The position numbers were made by a program, and so were the translations under genes. This document shows, piece after piece, positions 18,950 to 29,853 of a DNA stretch of 64,000 nt. The stretch is from Acidobacteriota bacterium (GTDB lineage Bacteria > Acidobacteriota > UBA6911 > RPQK01 > CBDAPI01): contig CBDAPI010000015.1 in NCBI GenBank assembly GCA_965198355.1, positions 33,965 through 97,964 on the forward strand. Reading direction: 5' to 3'. The first letter of the stretch is position 1. Each line of letters begins with the position of its first letter. The notes under the pieces are model-generated. The model saw only the letters and a program-made list of their open reading frames with translations. It had not been told where the DNA came from and searched no databases.

Positions 18950-20578
18950 CCCGGATTATGCAAGAGATCTGAATCCGAGTGAGATTTGGGTCCAGAAAAA
19001 AAGCCGTAGCTCTCTGATATAAAAGGGTTTACAAAAACAATGACCCTAAACAGGAGCTACGGCAATGTTGAAAGCAGTCTGCCAGAATACCCTGCCATTT
19101 CACAGCCACAGAAAGATCACGACGCGTTTTGATGGAGGGAGCCTCACTTCCGACGCAGGATGGTTGTGGTTTGGATCGCTGGATCGTCAACATCGATTGT
19201 GCGAGGGCTTCAGTTCGTGTATTGCGGAAAGTCGAGACCGACGCTACGTTCGTCATGACCTGTTGAAGTTGATCCGACAACGAGTCTTGTAGATCGTGGC
19301 CGGCTACGAAGACTGTAATGACGCCGATACGCTGCGCTCGGATCCGATGCTCAAGACAGTCTGTGATCAGTTGCCCGAGAGCGATCCCGATTTGGCCACC
19401 CAGCCGACTTTCTCCCGCTTGGAGAACTCCGTCACCAAGAAGGATCTGATGCGTCTGAGCCGGTGGCTGCTACGCCGTTATGTGCGCTCCCTGAAGAAGA
19501 GACGTCCCGCCAAGATCATCCTGGATCTGGACAGTACCGACGACCACACTCACGGCCAACAGGAGTTCGCCTTCTACCACGGGTATTACCGAAACCACAT
19601 TCTGCATCCTTTGCTGATCTTCGATGCCGCCACGGGAGACCTGGCAACAAGGGGGCTGCCTCTCACATCGTGCCCATTCTGAAGCGCGTCGTGGAGGCCA
19701 TCCGACAAGGAGTGGGGACGGATGTCGAGATTGAGATTCGGGCCGACAGCGGCTTTGCCACGCCTCGGCTCTACGAGTTCTGTGAAGGTGAAGAGAATCA
19801 ACTCCAATATGTCATTGGGTTAAGTCGCAACCCTCGCCTGCAGCGAGTGGTCGAGCCCCTGCTGGATTCGACTCGGGAAAGGTTCGTTGAGCGGGAGGAA
19901 AAACAGCGTCAGTTTGACGAGTTTCTTTATCGAGCCAACAGCTGGGATCGATCCCGTCGCGTCATTGTCAAAGTGGAGGTCGATCAGCGCGGGATCAATC
20001 GTCGCTTTGTGGTCACCAACCGGGACGATCTCTGCTCCCAATCACTTTATGACCACTACACCGACCGAGGGCAGACCGAGAACTTCATCAAGGCCTTTAA
20101 GAATCATCTGAGCATGGACCGACTCAGCTGTCATCGATTCCTGGCCAACCAGTTTCGACTCCTCCTGCATGCACTGGCTTACCAGATGTTCGTGCGCCTG
20201 CGCGACTATCTGCACGGAACCCCCTGGCACAAGCTCGAAATCGAAACCTTACGTCGTCGTGTCCTCAAGATCGGGGCCCGGATCCGACAAACCACTCGAC
20301 GCATCTGGGTCCATCTTTCCTCAGCCTTTCCCGAACAACCCCTCTTTCACCTCGTCTTGAGTCGCCTGAACTCCAGCTAGCTTCTCCCAGTTCCCCGAAA
20401 AACCGCTTCCGACACTCATCCAGGCCCAGATCTGTCTGAAATTCACTCCCCCAACCACTCAAACGCCTCGCCAACCGATATTCTTCGCAAATCCGCCTGT
20501 CACAACTGCCCGCTTCCGAGTTGGGCCACTTCTCGAGCCCTTTTTCAACAGCGGATTACGGTTCTTGCATAATCCGGG
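18950..20578 (+). mobile_element. IS1380-family insertion sequence, copy 2 (decayed)
   Basis: Same terminal repeats. 1629 bp because of a 22-bp internal deletion. CTAG at left, CTAGCTAG at right. Confidence 0.85.
19065..20380 (+). pseudogene. IS1380-family transposase, inactivated
   Basis: CAG>TAG nonsense at 19290-19292. 22-bp deletion between GACCTG direct repeats near 19641 causes a frameshift (ORFs 19065-19292, 19296-19682, 19463-20380). Confidence 0.9.
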
Positions 20579-20938
20579 CTAGCTAGCAGTTCGTGGTGGA
20601 AGTCCCACGGGCCGCGTTGCCGGCACCGTGCCGGCCCAGCAGCACGAAGCGACCGTCACTTTGCGGCTTTACGACACCAGCTTCCAACTGATTGATGAAG
20701 AGACTGTACTGCTGCAGCCGGGTGAGCACCGGGCCCGCTTCATACATGAGCTCTTTCCGGCCGTACGGGAGCAGGCTCTGGAAATGCAGGGAGTGGTGGT
20801 GGTTTCCAGCGACAAGCCCCTGGTGGCCGTTACCCTGCGTCAGAATGACGACCCCGCAGTCGACTTCCCCGAGGAGGTCCCCACCCTGACTACCTTCCCC
20901 GTGATCCCGCCGCTTGAAAACCCCTGAAGGCAAATCTA

Positions 20939-22707
20939 CTATTGTATGGGTTCTCTCTTGCGGTCCTTCCCTCTCAACTCTACGTGATGCAGATACACGA
21001 GTAGCATCTCATCTTCGATCTGCCCGAATCCCCACCGGACCGGCTGGGAGGGATCCGGATTGTAGCGGTTCTGGGGTGAATTATCGAAAACTCCCTCGGC
21101 CTCGATGAGCGTCCCGGCGGGCAAGAAAGGCGGCTCGGAGAATGTGTACCGGGACTGCCAGTCAAAGAGGTAACTTGGGACGCTCAGCAGCAGCTTGTTC
21201 TCGCCTCCGGGGAGCGTAGCCCACACCCGGATCGACCGGCCCCGATAGTGCATGTGGGGTCGGATACTGTAGAGAACAATAGCACGCTGCAATTCTCTCT
21301 CGGCGCGTATTGGGAACCTGCTTGCATAAGGCGGAATCGAAATTCTGTAATTGATGAGAGTAGTCACCTTCAGCTGATTCCCGGGGTGGCTTCTCGTGAA
21401 AGTAAAGAGCCAGCCTGGGCCGATCTACGGTGGCACTTCCCTTCGGAGTGTAGTGCAGTTGCAGGAGCACCTTCGACCCCGGAAACAACCGGTATCCAGT
21501 CTCTGCGGGGAAAACGTCAGGACCGATGCCCGGCGCGTACGTCGAGAATATGTGTCGGAACCAGGCCCGGTGGTTCAGGGTACTGCCGAGACTCTTGCCT
21601 ACAAAAGCGAAGGCGTGATGTACGACCTCGGGGTCTGTCCCTTTCAGCTCAGCTGCGGAGACCCACACTTCCTCCCCGGTGTCGACCTCGGCCCCCACAT
21701 ACCGGTACGGGAGAACTCCAGTCGCCGGAATCGACTGCTCGGCGAACTCCAGGACGAGATCCGGCTCACCCAGTACCCAGTTGCTCAACACGGGCGGCGC
21801 CTCGGCCGCCAGAGGATCCTCGGAGGTTTGGCATGGAGATCCCGCGTCGATCCAGCCGAGGAGAACCCGCTCCTCATCCGGTGTCAGTAGATTTGGACTG
21901 GAAAAGTCACCGACGTGAGGATCCAGGCTCCACGGAGGCATTCTCCGAGTACGCAAGACCTCCCGCATCATGGGTGCCCAGCCGTAAACGGTCCGATAGC
22001 TGTCCATGGCAAACGGGCCGGCTCCTCCTTCGCGATGGCAACTCAGACAGTGTCGCTTCAAGATCGGAACCACGGAATCTGAAAAGGAAAGGTCCGCGCT
22101 CTCCAGCTCCCGAAACTGGATCAGGCATCCAGGACTCTCCACCACCTCTTCGTTGGTACGCCGCCCCGCCAGCAGCGACTCGATGGCTTTTTTGAGAAAA
22201 ACCTGCCCTGCAGTGCTCCGCTGGACCCCGTAGTCCAGGCGATCGTCCACCGGTCCACGGTAGGCAATGCTCCAGGAGGCAGTCTCAATCAGAATGGCCT
22301 CGGCGGTTCTTTCGATACCCAGACTCCTGGCGACGTGCTGTGACTCATCTACCAGGATGGGAAAGCCAATCTTCAGTTTGGCAGCATCGCGTGCTATGGG
22401 ACCCCGGTCATCCTGGAGATTGGCATTGATACCCAGAAATTTGACACCCCGAGCTTCGAATTCGCTCTGGAGTTGATTGAGAGCAGGAATCTGATTACGA
22501 ACGATCTGGCAGCCCAGGCCGTGCGAAAACAACAGCACGGCTTTGAAGTCCGAGTAATAGTAGAGTTCGTGGGACTCACCCGCCTGGTTCCAGCAGGGCG
22601 AAGTTCCCAACCTTCGGTCCCGTGGCCACCGGACCCGAGGGCCGATCGCAGGACGCCGGAAGCAGGAGGAGCAGAAGCAAACCCGTGAGCTTCGAGCCGG
22701 GGGTCAT
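20939..22707 (-). pseudogene. lipoprotein with redoxin (AhpC/TSA) domain, CxxCH haem motif and copper type II monooxygenase-like C-terminus; two frameshifts
   Basis: MTPGSKLTGLLLLLLLPASC signal at 22707. Frame change near 22584-22597. SCHREGGAGPF...RRMPPW. Second frame change at 21380-21388 (CCCGGGG run) into ORF 20939-21367. Confidence 0.65.
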
Positions 22708-22795
22708 GCGGATGATTCTATATTACATTCCGAATTCCCGATTCCTTGGGATCTGCTAGCATGGCCAGGATCTTCCGATTCGTCGCGAAGCCGCC

Positions 22796-23749
22796 ATGTT
22801 GAGATCAATCTCCCAGAGGCACGTGTGGGCTATCATTTTACTGTTACCGATGCCGGCCTGCAGCCGGAGCACCTCGCAGGACGCCACCCCATACCACGTG
22901 GTCTTCGTCACGGGTGACGAAGAATATCGATCCGAAGAATCCATGCCCATGATGGCCCGCATCCTCCACCAACATTACGGAATGCGGGTTACCGTTTGCT
23001 ACGCCCTCGACCCGGAGACCGGCTCCATCAATCCGGATTATCGGGAAGGCATCGAGGGTCTGGAAGCCCTTGAGGAGGCCGACCTGGCAGTCTTCTTTAT
23101 CCGCTTCCGACAACTCCCCGACGACCAGTTTCAGAAGATTCTCCACTACGTAAGCTCGGGGCGACCGATTGTGGGCCTTCGGACTTCCACCCATGCCTTT
23201 CGCTACGACCAGGAGGATCCACGCAGCCGCTGGAATGACGGGTTCGGAACCGAGGTGTTCGGCCAGAAATGGATCACTCATCACGGTCACCACGGAACCC
23301 GACCTCTGACCGCCGTCTCCCTGATTCAGGGAAAGCAGAACCACTCGATCTTGCGCGGCGTGACTCCTTTTCAGGCCTACTCCTGGCTGTATCACGTCGA
23401 CGGCGGCGAGCACCGTCTGCAGGGTGATTGTGACCCTCTCTTGAGCGGCCACTCGCTGCAGTCCAGTCACCTGGACAAGCTGGACAGATACCCCCTGGAC
23501 AACCCCGTTGCCTGGACGAAAAGCTACCGGAGTGCGAAAGTCTTCTTTACAACGCTGGGTCATCCCTATGATTTTCGTGAGCCAGCCATGCGAAAACTGC
23601 TGGTTAACAGTATTCTCTGGGGACTGGGTCGGGAGGATCGAATTCCCGCGGGAGGTGCCCGGGTAGAGTTGACTGGTGAATATGAACCATCCGACGCCGC
23701 CTTCGGCGGTTATCGACAAGGTCAAAGGCCACAACAGGTAGAACCATGA
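22796..23749 (+). CDS. ThuA domain-containing protein
   Basis: YHVVFVTGDEEYRSEESMP...FFIRFRQLPDDQF...VAWTKSYRSAKVFFTTLGHPYDF matches the ThuA-like (PF06283) layout. Signal/lipobox at the N-terminus. Confidence 0.7.
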   Translation: MLRSISQRHVWAIILLLPMPACSRSTSQDATPYHVVFVTGDEEYRSEESMPMMARILHQHYGMRVTVCYALDPETGSINPDYREGIEGLEALEEADLAVFFIRFRQLPDDQFQKILHYVSSGRPIVGLRTSTHAFRYDQEDPRSRWNDGFGTEVFGQKWITHHGHHGTRPLTAVSLIQGKQNHSILRGVTPFQAYSWLYHVDGGEHRLQGDCDPLLSGHSLQSSHLDKLDRYPLDNPVAWTKSYRSAKVFFTTLGHPYDFREPAMRKLLVNSILWGLGREDRIPAGGARVELTGEYEPSDAAFGGYRQGQRPQQVEP

Positions 23750-25014
23750 TGAAGAGAATGACAGGACTTTGCGGGCCGGCCTTTCTGGCTCTTGTTGCGG
23801 GCATGGCCGGCTGCGGCGGATCCACTGACACAGGCAATACCATTCGAAGGGAAATGAAGATGACAGGTCCCAGTTTTGGGGAGGATCTCGATTTTCTCCG
23901 AGAGCACAAGGAGGTGATCCTCCTCAGCGATGAATCGGGCCAGGCCCAGGTGGCTGTGGTCCCCGACTTCCAGGGCCGGGTCATGACCAGCACAGCCCAG
24001 GGCTCGGGGGGCGCCAGCTTTGGATGGCTGAACCGCGACCTGATTGCATCCGGTGAGCTTCGCCCTCACATAAACGCCTTCGGGGGCGAGGACCGCTTCT
24101 TCATGGGACCGGAAGGGGGGCAATTTGCCATCTTCTTTGCAGCCGGAGATCCCTTCGACCTGGAACACTGGCAGACCCCCGCAGTGATCGACACGGTTTC
24201 CTATCAGGTTGTGAGCCGCGATCAGCGCCAGGTCACGTTCCAGCATCGGGCCGAGGTAGAGAACTACTCTGAAACCCGTTTCTCCATTCAAATTGATCGC
24301 CTCATCGAGCTTCTCGATCGCGAGGCGGTTTCCAGCCTGATCGGTGAGGTCGGCCCGGATGTGTCCCTGGTCGCCTACCAGTCCACCAACACGATCACGA
24401 ACCAGGGCTCCAATGATTGGACGAAAGAGGCTGGGCTGCTCTCTATCTGGATTCTGGGGATGTTTCGTCACAGTCCCACCACCACCGTCGTGATTCCCTA
24501 CCTGGAGGGATCTGAAGAAGAACTCGGACCCGTCGTCAACGACGCTTACTTTGGAAAGGTGCCGGAGGATCGCCTGGTGGTGGGACCGTCCAACATCTTC
24601 TTCAAGGCCGACGGAGCCTTTCGGAGCAAGATCGGGATCCTGCCCCAGCGCTCCAAGGGGATCTCAGGAAGCTATGACTCGAAAGCGGGGGTTCTTACCA
24701 TCGTTCACTTCAGCCAGCCCCCCGAGGCCCGGGACTACGTCAACTCGATGTGGGAGCTGCAGGACGAGCCCTACCGAGGTGACGTGATCAACAGCTACAA
24801 CGACGGGCCTCCTTCCCCCGGAGCGCCCCCGCTGGGACCTTTTTACGAAATCGAGACTTCTTCTCCGGCGGCTCCTCTGGCCGCGGGAGAATCGATCACC
24901 CACACGCATACTACGATCCACTTCGTGGGGTCCGTGGGGGAGCTCGACCCCATCGTTCGACGCACCCTGGGTGTGAATGTGACCTCGATCCGACATGTCT
25001 TCGTCGAAGACTAG
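23746..25014 (+). CDS. hypothetical lipoprotein
   Basis: 422-aa ORF. Lipobox LVAGMAGCGG. ATGA overlap with the upstream gene. No family recognised. Confidence 0.6.
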   Translation: MMKRMTGLCGPAFLALVAGMAGCGGSTDTGNTIRREMKMTGPSFGEDLDFLREHKEVILLSDESGQAQVAVVPDFQGRVMTSTAQGSGGASFGWLNRDLIASGELRPHINAFGGEDRFFMGPEGGQFAIFFAAGDPFDLEHWQTPAVIDTVSYQVVSRDQRQVTFQHRAEVENYSETRFSIQIDRLIELLDREAVSSLIGEVGPDVSLVAYQSTNTITNQGSNDWTKEAGLLSIWILGMFRHSPTTTVVIPYLEGSEEELGPVVNDAYFGKVPEDRLVVGPSNIFFKADGAFRSKIGILPQRSKGISGSYDSKAGVLTIVHFSQPPEARDYVNSMWELQDEPYRGDVINSYNDGPPSPGAPPLGPFYEIETSSPAAPLAAGESITHTHTTIHFVGSVGELDPIVRRTLGVNVTSIRHVFVED

Positions 25015-26197
25015 GGATTTCCTTCCCCCGCCCGAAGTCCTCGAGCACTCCCTCTCCCCACATCTCCCGGGACTGATGGACTTTCATTCGACCCGGCGCC
25101 TGGAATCGAGCACCGAGTATGCCCACTTACGACCGGAAGTCGAAAGGATCATGTCAACGGTTGTAGGCGAAGGTTTTGGACCAGCCGATCCCCCTTTGCG
25201 GACACCTCTCCGGGCGACCGCCTGGAACATCGAGAGGGGCCTGCAGGTTCAGGGAGTGATCGAGCACCTGACGAGCCATCCGCGCATGCGCCACAGTGAC
25301 GTTCTCTTTCTTACCGAACTGGACTTCGGAATGGCTCGCAGCGGCAACCTTTGTGTAGCCCGCGAGATTGCACGGGAACTGGGGCTGAACTATGCCTTTG
25401 CCAACTGTTACATCAGCCTGGTCAAGGGCAGCGGCCTGGAATCCGAGGCACAGGGTGAGAACCGGCTCAGCCTGCATGGAAATGCCCTGTTTTCAAGGTT
25501 TCCGATACGAAAGGCTCACGCGGTTGCCCTTCCCAACGGCAAAGACAAAATGCGGGGCAAGGAGAAGCGACTCGGCTGCCAGCAGGCGGTGGTGGGACTG
25601 GTCGACCATCCGGTGCAGCCCTTCTGGGCGATAACCCTGCATCTGGATGCTCACTCGACTCAGAACCACCGCTATTGCCAGATGAAGCTGATCCTGGATC
25701 ATCTGGAGACTCTGCAGCCAGGGCTCCCCGTTCTGATAGGCGGCGACTGGAACACTTCGACTTACAATGCCAGAAACGCCACGTATTCCATTCTGGGCTA
25801 TGCCCGCCGGGTTCTGATGGGGATCAACCGTGTTCTCCACAATCATTATCCGTATCCGGATCGCTGGTTCGAGCGAAAGCTCTTTCGAGAAGTGGAGAGG
25901 AGGGGCTACGAGTATCGTTCTCTGAATCAGCCGGGCGCCTGCACTCTTCATTACGACGTGAACGATCTGGCCCTCAACACAAACATGGGCGACTGGATCC
26001 CCGACTGGTGCTTCTGGTTCATTCGCTGGGCGCTGAAGGACGTGGATGGCAAGTGCTCAATCAAACTGGACTGGTTTGCCGGGCGCGGTATTGTGGCCGA
26101 CTCGAACTGTCCCCCCACGGTTCTCAGTGAGATCCACGACCGTGAGAATCCCCTCTCCGATCACGACCCCATTGTTTTGGATTTTCACGTGGCGTGA
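24995..26197 (+). CDS. endonuclease/exonuclease/phosphatase (EEP) family protein
   Basis: WNIERG, FLTELD, GNALFSRFP, LIGGDWN, SDHDPIVLDF are the EEP catalytic motifs. Exact start uncertain. Confidence 0.75.
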   Translation: MSSSKTRDFLPPPEVLEHSLSPHLPGLMDFHSTRRLESSTEYAHLRPEVERIMSTVVGEGFGPADPPLRTPLRATAWNIERGLQVQGVIEHLTSHPRMRHSDVLFLTELDFGMARSGNLCVAREIARELGLNYAFANCYISLVKGSGLESEAQGENRLSLHGNALFSRFPIRKAHAVALPNGKDKMRGKEKRLGCQQAVVGLVDHPVQPFWAITLHLDAHSTQNHRYCQMKLILDHLETLQPGLPVLIGGDWNTSTYNARNATYSILGYARRVLMGINRVLHNHYPYPDRWFERKLFREVERRGYEYRSLNQPGACTLHYDVNDLALNTNMGDWIPDWCFWFIRWALKDVDGKCSIKLDWFAGRGIVADSNCPPTVLSEIHDRENPLSDHDPIVLDFHVA

Positions 26198-26928
26198 TTG
26201 AGTGCTCGGGATTTGTGGTTGGCACGAACATTGCTGGCCACCTTCTATCGGCTTTCGGTTGTGATTTAATGACACTCTGAGGGTCGCAAAGCGTCATTGT
26301 TTAGCATGGGTCGAGCTTGGTTCCTTGCATTCCTGTTCTTCCTCCCCTTGGCGAGCTGTTCCGAGCCCACAGCCAATCAGGATGGCAGTGAGACGGATTC
26401 CGCTGCCAGCGGGATCGCCGCAGACGTAGAGCCGGCGCAGCGGCGCATGCCCGTCCGTGTCCAGCCCGTGCGTCGCCAGGACGTGAAGGAGACGGTGGAG
26501 TTGACCGGAACCGCTGAACCCTGGGACGAGTTCATTGTCTCCGCGGAGATCTCGGGCAGGATCAGCCGGATCCTGGTGGAGGAAGGGGACTGGGTCAAAA
26601 CCGGACAGGTCGTGCTCGAACTGGACCAAGAACTGAGACTCCTGGCGCTGCGCACCCGCCAGGCCAGCCTGGCCAAGAAGAAAGTGGAACTCGATTTTTC
26701 CCGGCGCCGCTTCGAACGCGGAAAGTCTTTGCTCTCGAAAGGCGCCATTTCCGAAGAGGAGGTTGAGTCGCTTGATCAGATCGTCCAGATCGCCGAGAGC
26801 GAAGTCGTCCTTGCGGAACTTGAAGTCGCCACCATGGAGGAGGAGATCGAAGATACTTCCATTTCCGCCCAGGCATCGGGACGTGTGTCCAGCCGCCACG
26901 TTTCCCTAGCAGCCCGTGGCAGAAGTCA

Positions 26929-28299
26929 TTAATGCGAATCGACCAGTTGACGGGTGTTCGCCGAGTTGGAAAACCATAACGAACTCGGATTTCGGGCAAA
27001 AGTCGTAATCCGGCGGACGAGGGGCCGGACCTTCCATCGATCAAGCCCGAGAATCACGAGCAAGAGTGACAGAGCACGGCCCTGGAGTCCCCTCGGAGTT
27101 CCGACGCCGAACATCTGGCGCATGACCAGTCCCAGATTGAAGGCACTCACGTGAATCAGCAAGCGCTTGAGAAGGTTCGGATGACCCCGTAAGTGGGTCC
27201 GCCGCATCCGACCGGTTGCATACAGATGCGCACAGGGACGTTCCAGATGTTCGGCCCGTTGTCGCAATAACCGCCGGACGCGGTCTCCTCGGATCCTGCG
27301 GCGATTGGCATAGACGGCTTCTTGGGCTTCGCGATCCCCTCGCCAGCGACGTCGACCCCGCCGGGGTTCCGAGAGGTAGCTGCGGACTCCCAGACGCTCC
27401 AGATCCACGATGCCCTCGGTACTGTGGTATCCCTTGTCGGCGACCACCTCTTCCAAGGTGTTCTCTTCCGGCAAGACTGTCTTCAGCTGCTCGGCCACCG
27501 TGATGAGTGTCTTCTTCACCGTCGTCGTATCTCCCTGATCCGCACCCTGTACGGTCACCGCCACGATGGCGCCCGTCTCCAGATCCACCGCATGTTCCGC
27601 CTTGTGGGCCAGATGCGTCCGCCCGTCCTTCATCTTCGTGATACGCGCATCCGGATCGTGTGGGTGTTTCCACTCTCGGTTGGATCCCTTCTTCGGACGC
27701 TTACGATCCAGCCGCGCTCGATCCTCCCGAGTCGGCGTCTCGATCCACGATGCCTGAGCCAAGCCGGTCAGGAACTCCTCGTAACTCTCCTCGCTATCCC
27801 GTCGCACGATACTGCGCAACGCCGCGTTGGCCTCCAGCGTCGTCGCATCCACACCGATTGTCTTCCCCTGGACCAACCCCGTCTCGGCCAACCGGGCCAG
27901 CACCCAGGTGAACACCGCTTCGTGCGTCTCCACATCCATCAATCGCCGGGTCCGGGAAATCGTCGAGTGATCGGGCGGGTTCTCGCTCAGCTTCAGACCC
28001 AGAAACTCCCGCAGGGCCAGCGAGTCGGCCGTTCGCCAGGCGATGCCTCGTTCCGAGTCCAGGCCCTCGAAGTAGCCCACCAACAGAAGGCGAAAGTAGA
28101 TCCCCGGTGCCACGCTCGGTCGTCCCATCCGCGGCGCATAGAACTTCGAGCACAGCCCTTCCACAAAGCGGTCAAACCCGTGCTCATCCAGGATCGCATT
28201 CAACCGCCGGTAGAAAGGATGCCCCGCTGGGGTCGGCAGCTCCGTATGCGCAATCCACATTGCACCCTGACTCTCTCGCTTGCGTTTCCCAATCGCCAT
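26929..28299 (-). CDS. IS5/IS1182-type DDE transposase
   Basis: 456 aa. N-terminal InsH-like region GRPSVAPGIYFRLLLVGYFEGLDSERGIAWR. DDE part GVDATTLEANAA ... ADKGYHS. Confidence 0.8.
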   Translation of the reverse strand: MAIGKRKRESQGAMWIAHTELPTPAGHPFYRRLNAILDEHGFDRFVEGLCSKFYAPRMGRPSVAPGIYFRLLLVGYFEGLDSERGIAWRTADSLALREFLGLKLSENPPDHSTISRTRRLMDVETHEAVFTWVLARLAETGLVQGKTIGVDATTLEANAALRSIVRRDSEESYEEFLTGLAQASWIETPTREDRARLDRKRPKKGSNREWKHPHDPDARITKMKDGRTHLAHKAEHAVDLETGAIVAVTVQGADQGDTTTVKKTLITVAEQLKTVLPEENTLEEVVADKGYHSTEGIVDLERLGVRSYLSEPRRGRRRWRGDREAQEAVYANRRRIRGDRVRRLLRQRAEHLERPCAHLYATGRMRRTHLRGHPNLLKRLLIHVSAFNLGLVMRQMFGVGTPRGLQGRALSLLLVILGLDRWKVRPLVRRITTFARNPSSLWFSNSANTRQLVDSH

Positions 28300-28445
28300 G
28301 GTGCCAATGTAGTCTCTTTACCTGACGTCGGCCGCACCACGGCGGAAAGGACTTTCACCATGATGAGATGGACTCCTCCTTTAGGCTTAGACGGCATCTA
28401 AAGTGCCAGAGCCAAAGTTTTTAACTGTATCAGGAGGAGTCTGAA

Positions 28446-29471
28446 ATGAAGCATAGAACAATCGCAGTGGATTTGGCAAAGTCGGTCTTTGAGATTGGGA
28501 TTTCCGAGCAGCCTGGTCGGATGGAGAAGACGCATCGCCTGGGTCGAGCTCGGTTGTTGAGGTTCATGGCCAAGCAACAACGGGCAACGATCCTGATGGA
28601 AGCCTGCGGTTCGGCTCACTACTGGGGCCGGCGATTCCGGGAACTGGGGCACGAAGTTGTGCTGCTGCCGCCAGCCTACGTCCGGCCGTACGTGTTACGC
28701 AACAAGACGGATCGCAGTGATGTGAAAGGGTTGTTGGAAGCCCACCGCAACAGTGCCATTCGACCGGTTCCGATCAAAAATGAATCGCAGCAGCAGTTGA
28801 CCGCCTTACATCGGGTGCGGACGGCATGGATGCGCACCCGCACGGCACGGATCAATACGATGCGGGGCATTCTACGGGAATTCGGTTTGACGATTCCCGT
28901 TGGAGCCTGCCAGGCCGTGGAGCGGGTGCGAGGATGGATCGAAGATGCAGAAGTGGAGATTCCGAATGGGATCCGATCGGTGCTGGAGGAGATCTGTCTG
29001 GAAGTCAGAGAGCTGGAGGGGCGAATCGATCGGATCGAAAGGAAACTGAAAGCGCTATCGCGACAGAGTGTTGCGATTGAACAACTGCAGTCGATCCCCG
29101 GGGTGGGATTGCTGACAGCCACAGCGGTGGCCGGTTTTGTGGGAGATCTGAGGCGCTTTGATTCGGGACGACACTTTGCCAGTTATCTGGGCTTGACACC
29201 GCGGGAGCACTCCAGCGGTCTGCGGCGTCGACTCGGGTGCATCAGCAAGCAAGGGGACATCTATTTGCGCACTCTCTTGATCCACGGTGGGCGATCGGTC
29301 TTGTGGACGGCCAAGTCCAAGCAGCGGCCAGACCGTTTGCACAGGTGGGGTTTGGAGATTGAAAAACGACGGGGGCACAACAAAGCGGCAGTGGCTGTGG
29401 CCAATAAGCTGGCCCGTCTACTCTGGGCCGTTTCCACCCGTGACGCCGCCTATGAACCCCAGCGAGCTTAA
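28446..29471 (+). CDS. IS110-family DEDD transposase/recombinase
   Basis: 341 aa. RuvC-like IAVDLAKSVFE, MEACGSAHYW, KTDRSDV. C-terminal Transposase_20-type IPGVGLLTATAVAGFVGDLRRFDSGRHFASYLGLTPREHSSG. Confidence 0.9.
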   Translation: MKHRTIAVDLAKSVFEIGISEQPGRMEKTHRLGRARLLRFMAKQQRATILMEACGSAHYWGRRFRELGHEVVLLPPAYVRPYVLRNKTDRSDVKGLLEAHRNSAIRPVPIKNESQQQLTALHRVRTAWMRTRTARINTMRGILREFGLTIPVGACQAVERVRGWIEDAEVEIPNGIRSVLEEICLEVRELEGRIDRIERKLKALSRQSVAIEQLQSIPGVGLLTATAVAGFVGDLRRFDSGRHFASYLGLTPREHSSGLRRRLGCISKQGDIYLRTLLIHGGRSVLWTAKSKQRPDRLHRWGLEIEKRRGHNKAAVAVANKLARLLWAVSTRDAAYEPQRA

Positions 29472-29853
29472 GCGATAAAAGATTTGTCAAGATCTTTCCC
29501 TGGGAACTGCATGAAAGGATTCGAACTGATGGCGAACCGGTCAGACCGGCGCGGGGAACACGCCGATAGCAGCCTTGGCCACTCGATGGCCGTCACCACG
29601 ATAGGCGCCCCACGCGCGAATATTCATCATGGCCCGGAGCCAGAACACAGCTCCACTAAGAGGCCGGAGATACGACTGCAGTCCACACCGAATCGCAAAA
29701 AGTCGATGCTTTCATGCCAGAGACCCAAGGAGGAGAAGATGATCCGATAGCGATTCTGGACCTGCAGCGAAACTCCTGGCTTCAACCCAGCATCCGAGTT
29801 TCGTCGCCAGGGCCCAGATCAGCTGAATTCGAAAAAATGAACAGGACCCTTGA
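29472..29853 (+). ncRNA. candidate guide RNA (seekRNA/bridge RNA) region of the IS110-family element
   Basis: Position 3' of the transposase as in the IS1111 subgroup. Contains AGATACG (29668-29674) and AGGAGGAG (29728-29735), identical to the two flanks of the insertion point. No fold computed. Confidence 0.25.

Larger units (their letters stand above)
17419..20927 (+). pseudogene. secreted NHL/SdiA-regulated-type beta-propeller + PKD-like domain + C-terminal two-lobed module, interrupted by IS1380 copy 2 (segments 17419-18949 and 20587-20927)
   Basis: Signal peptide. Propeller repeats. PPVADAGLDQVVEERTEVTLDGSGSFDPDGDPLSFEWEQISGP (PKD-like). Reading frame is restored only if the IS, one CTAG and an extra CTAG (20583-20586) are removed. 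Confidence 0.75.

Noticed and set aside
29484-29750. 88-aa ORF in the 3' tail of the IS110-family element
   Set aside because: No RBS and no recognisable domain. It lies where this IS subgroup is known to be non-coding (guide RNA region).
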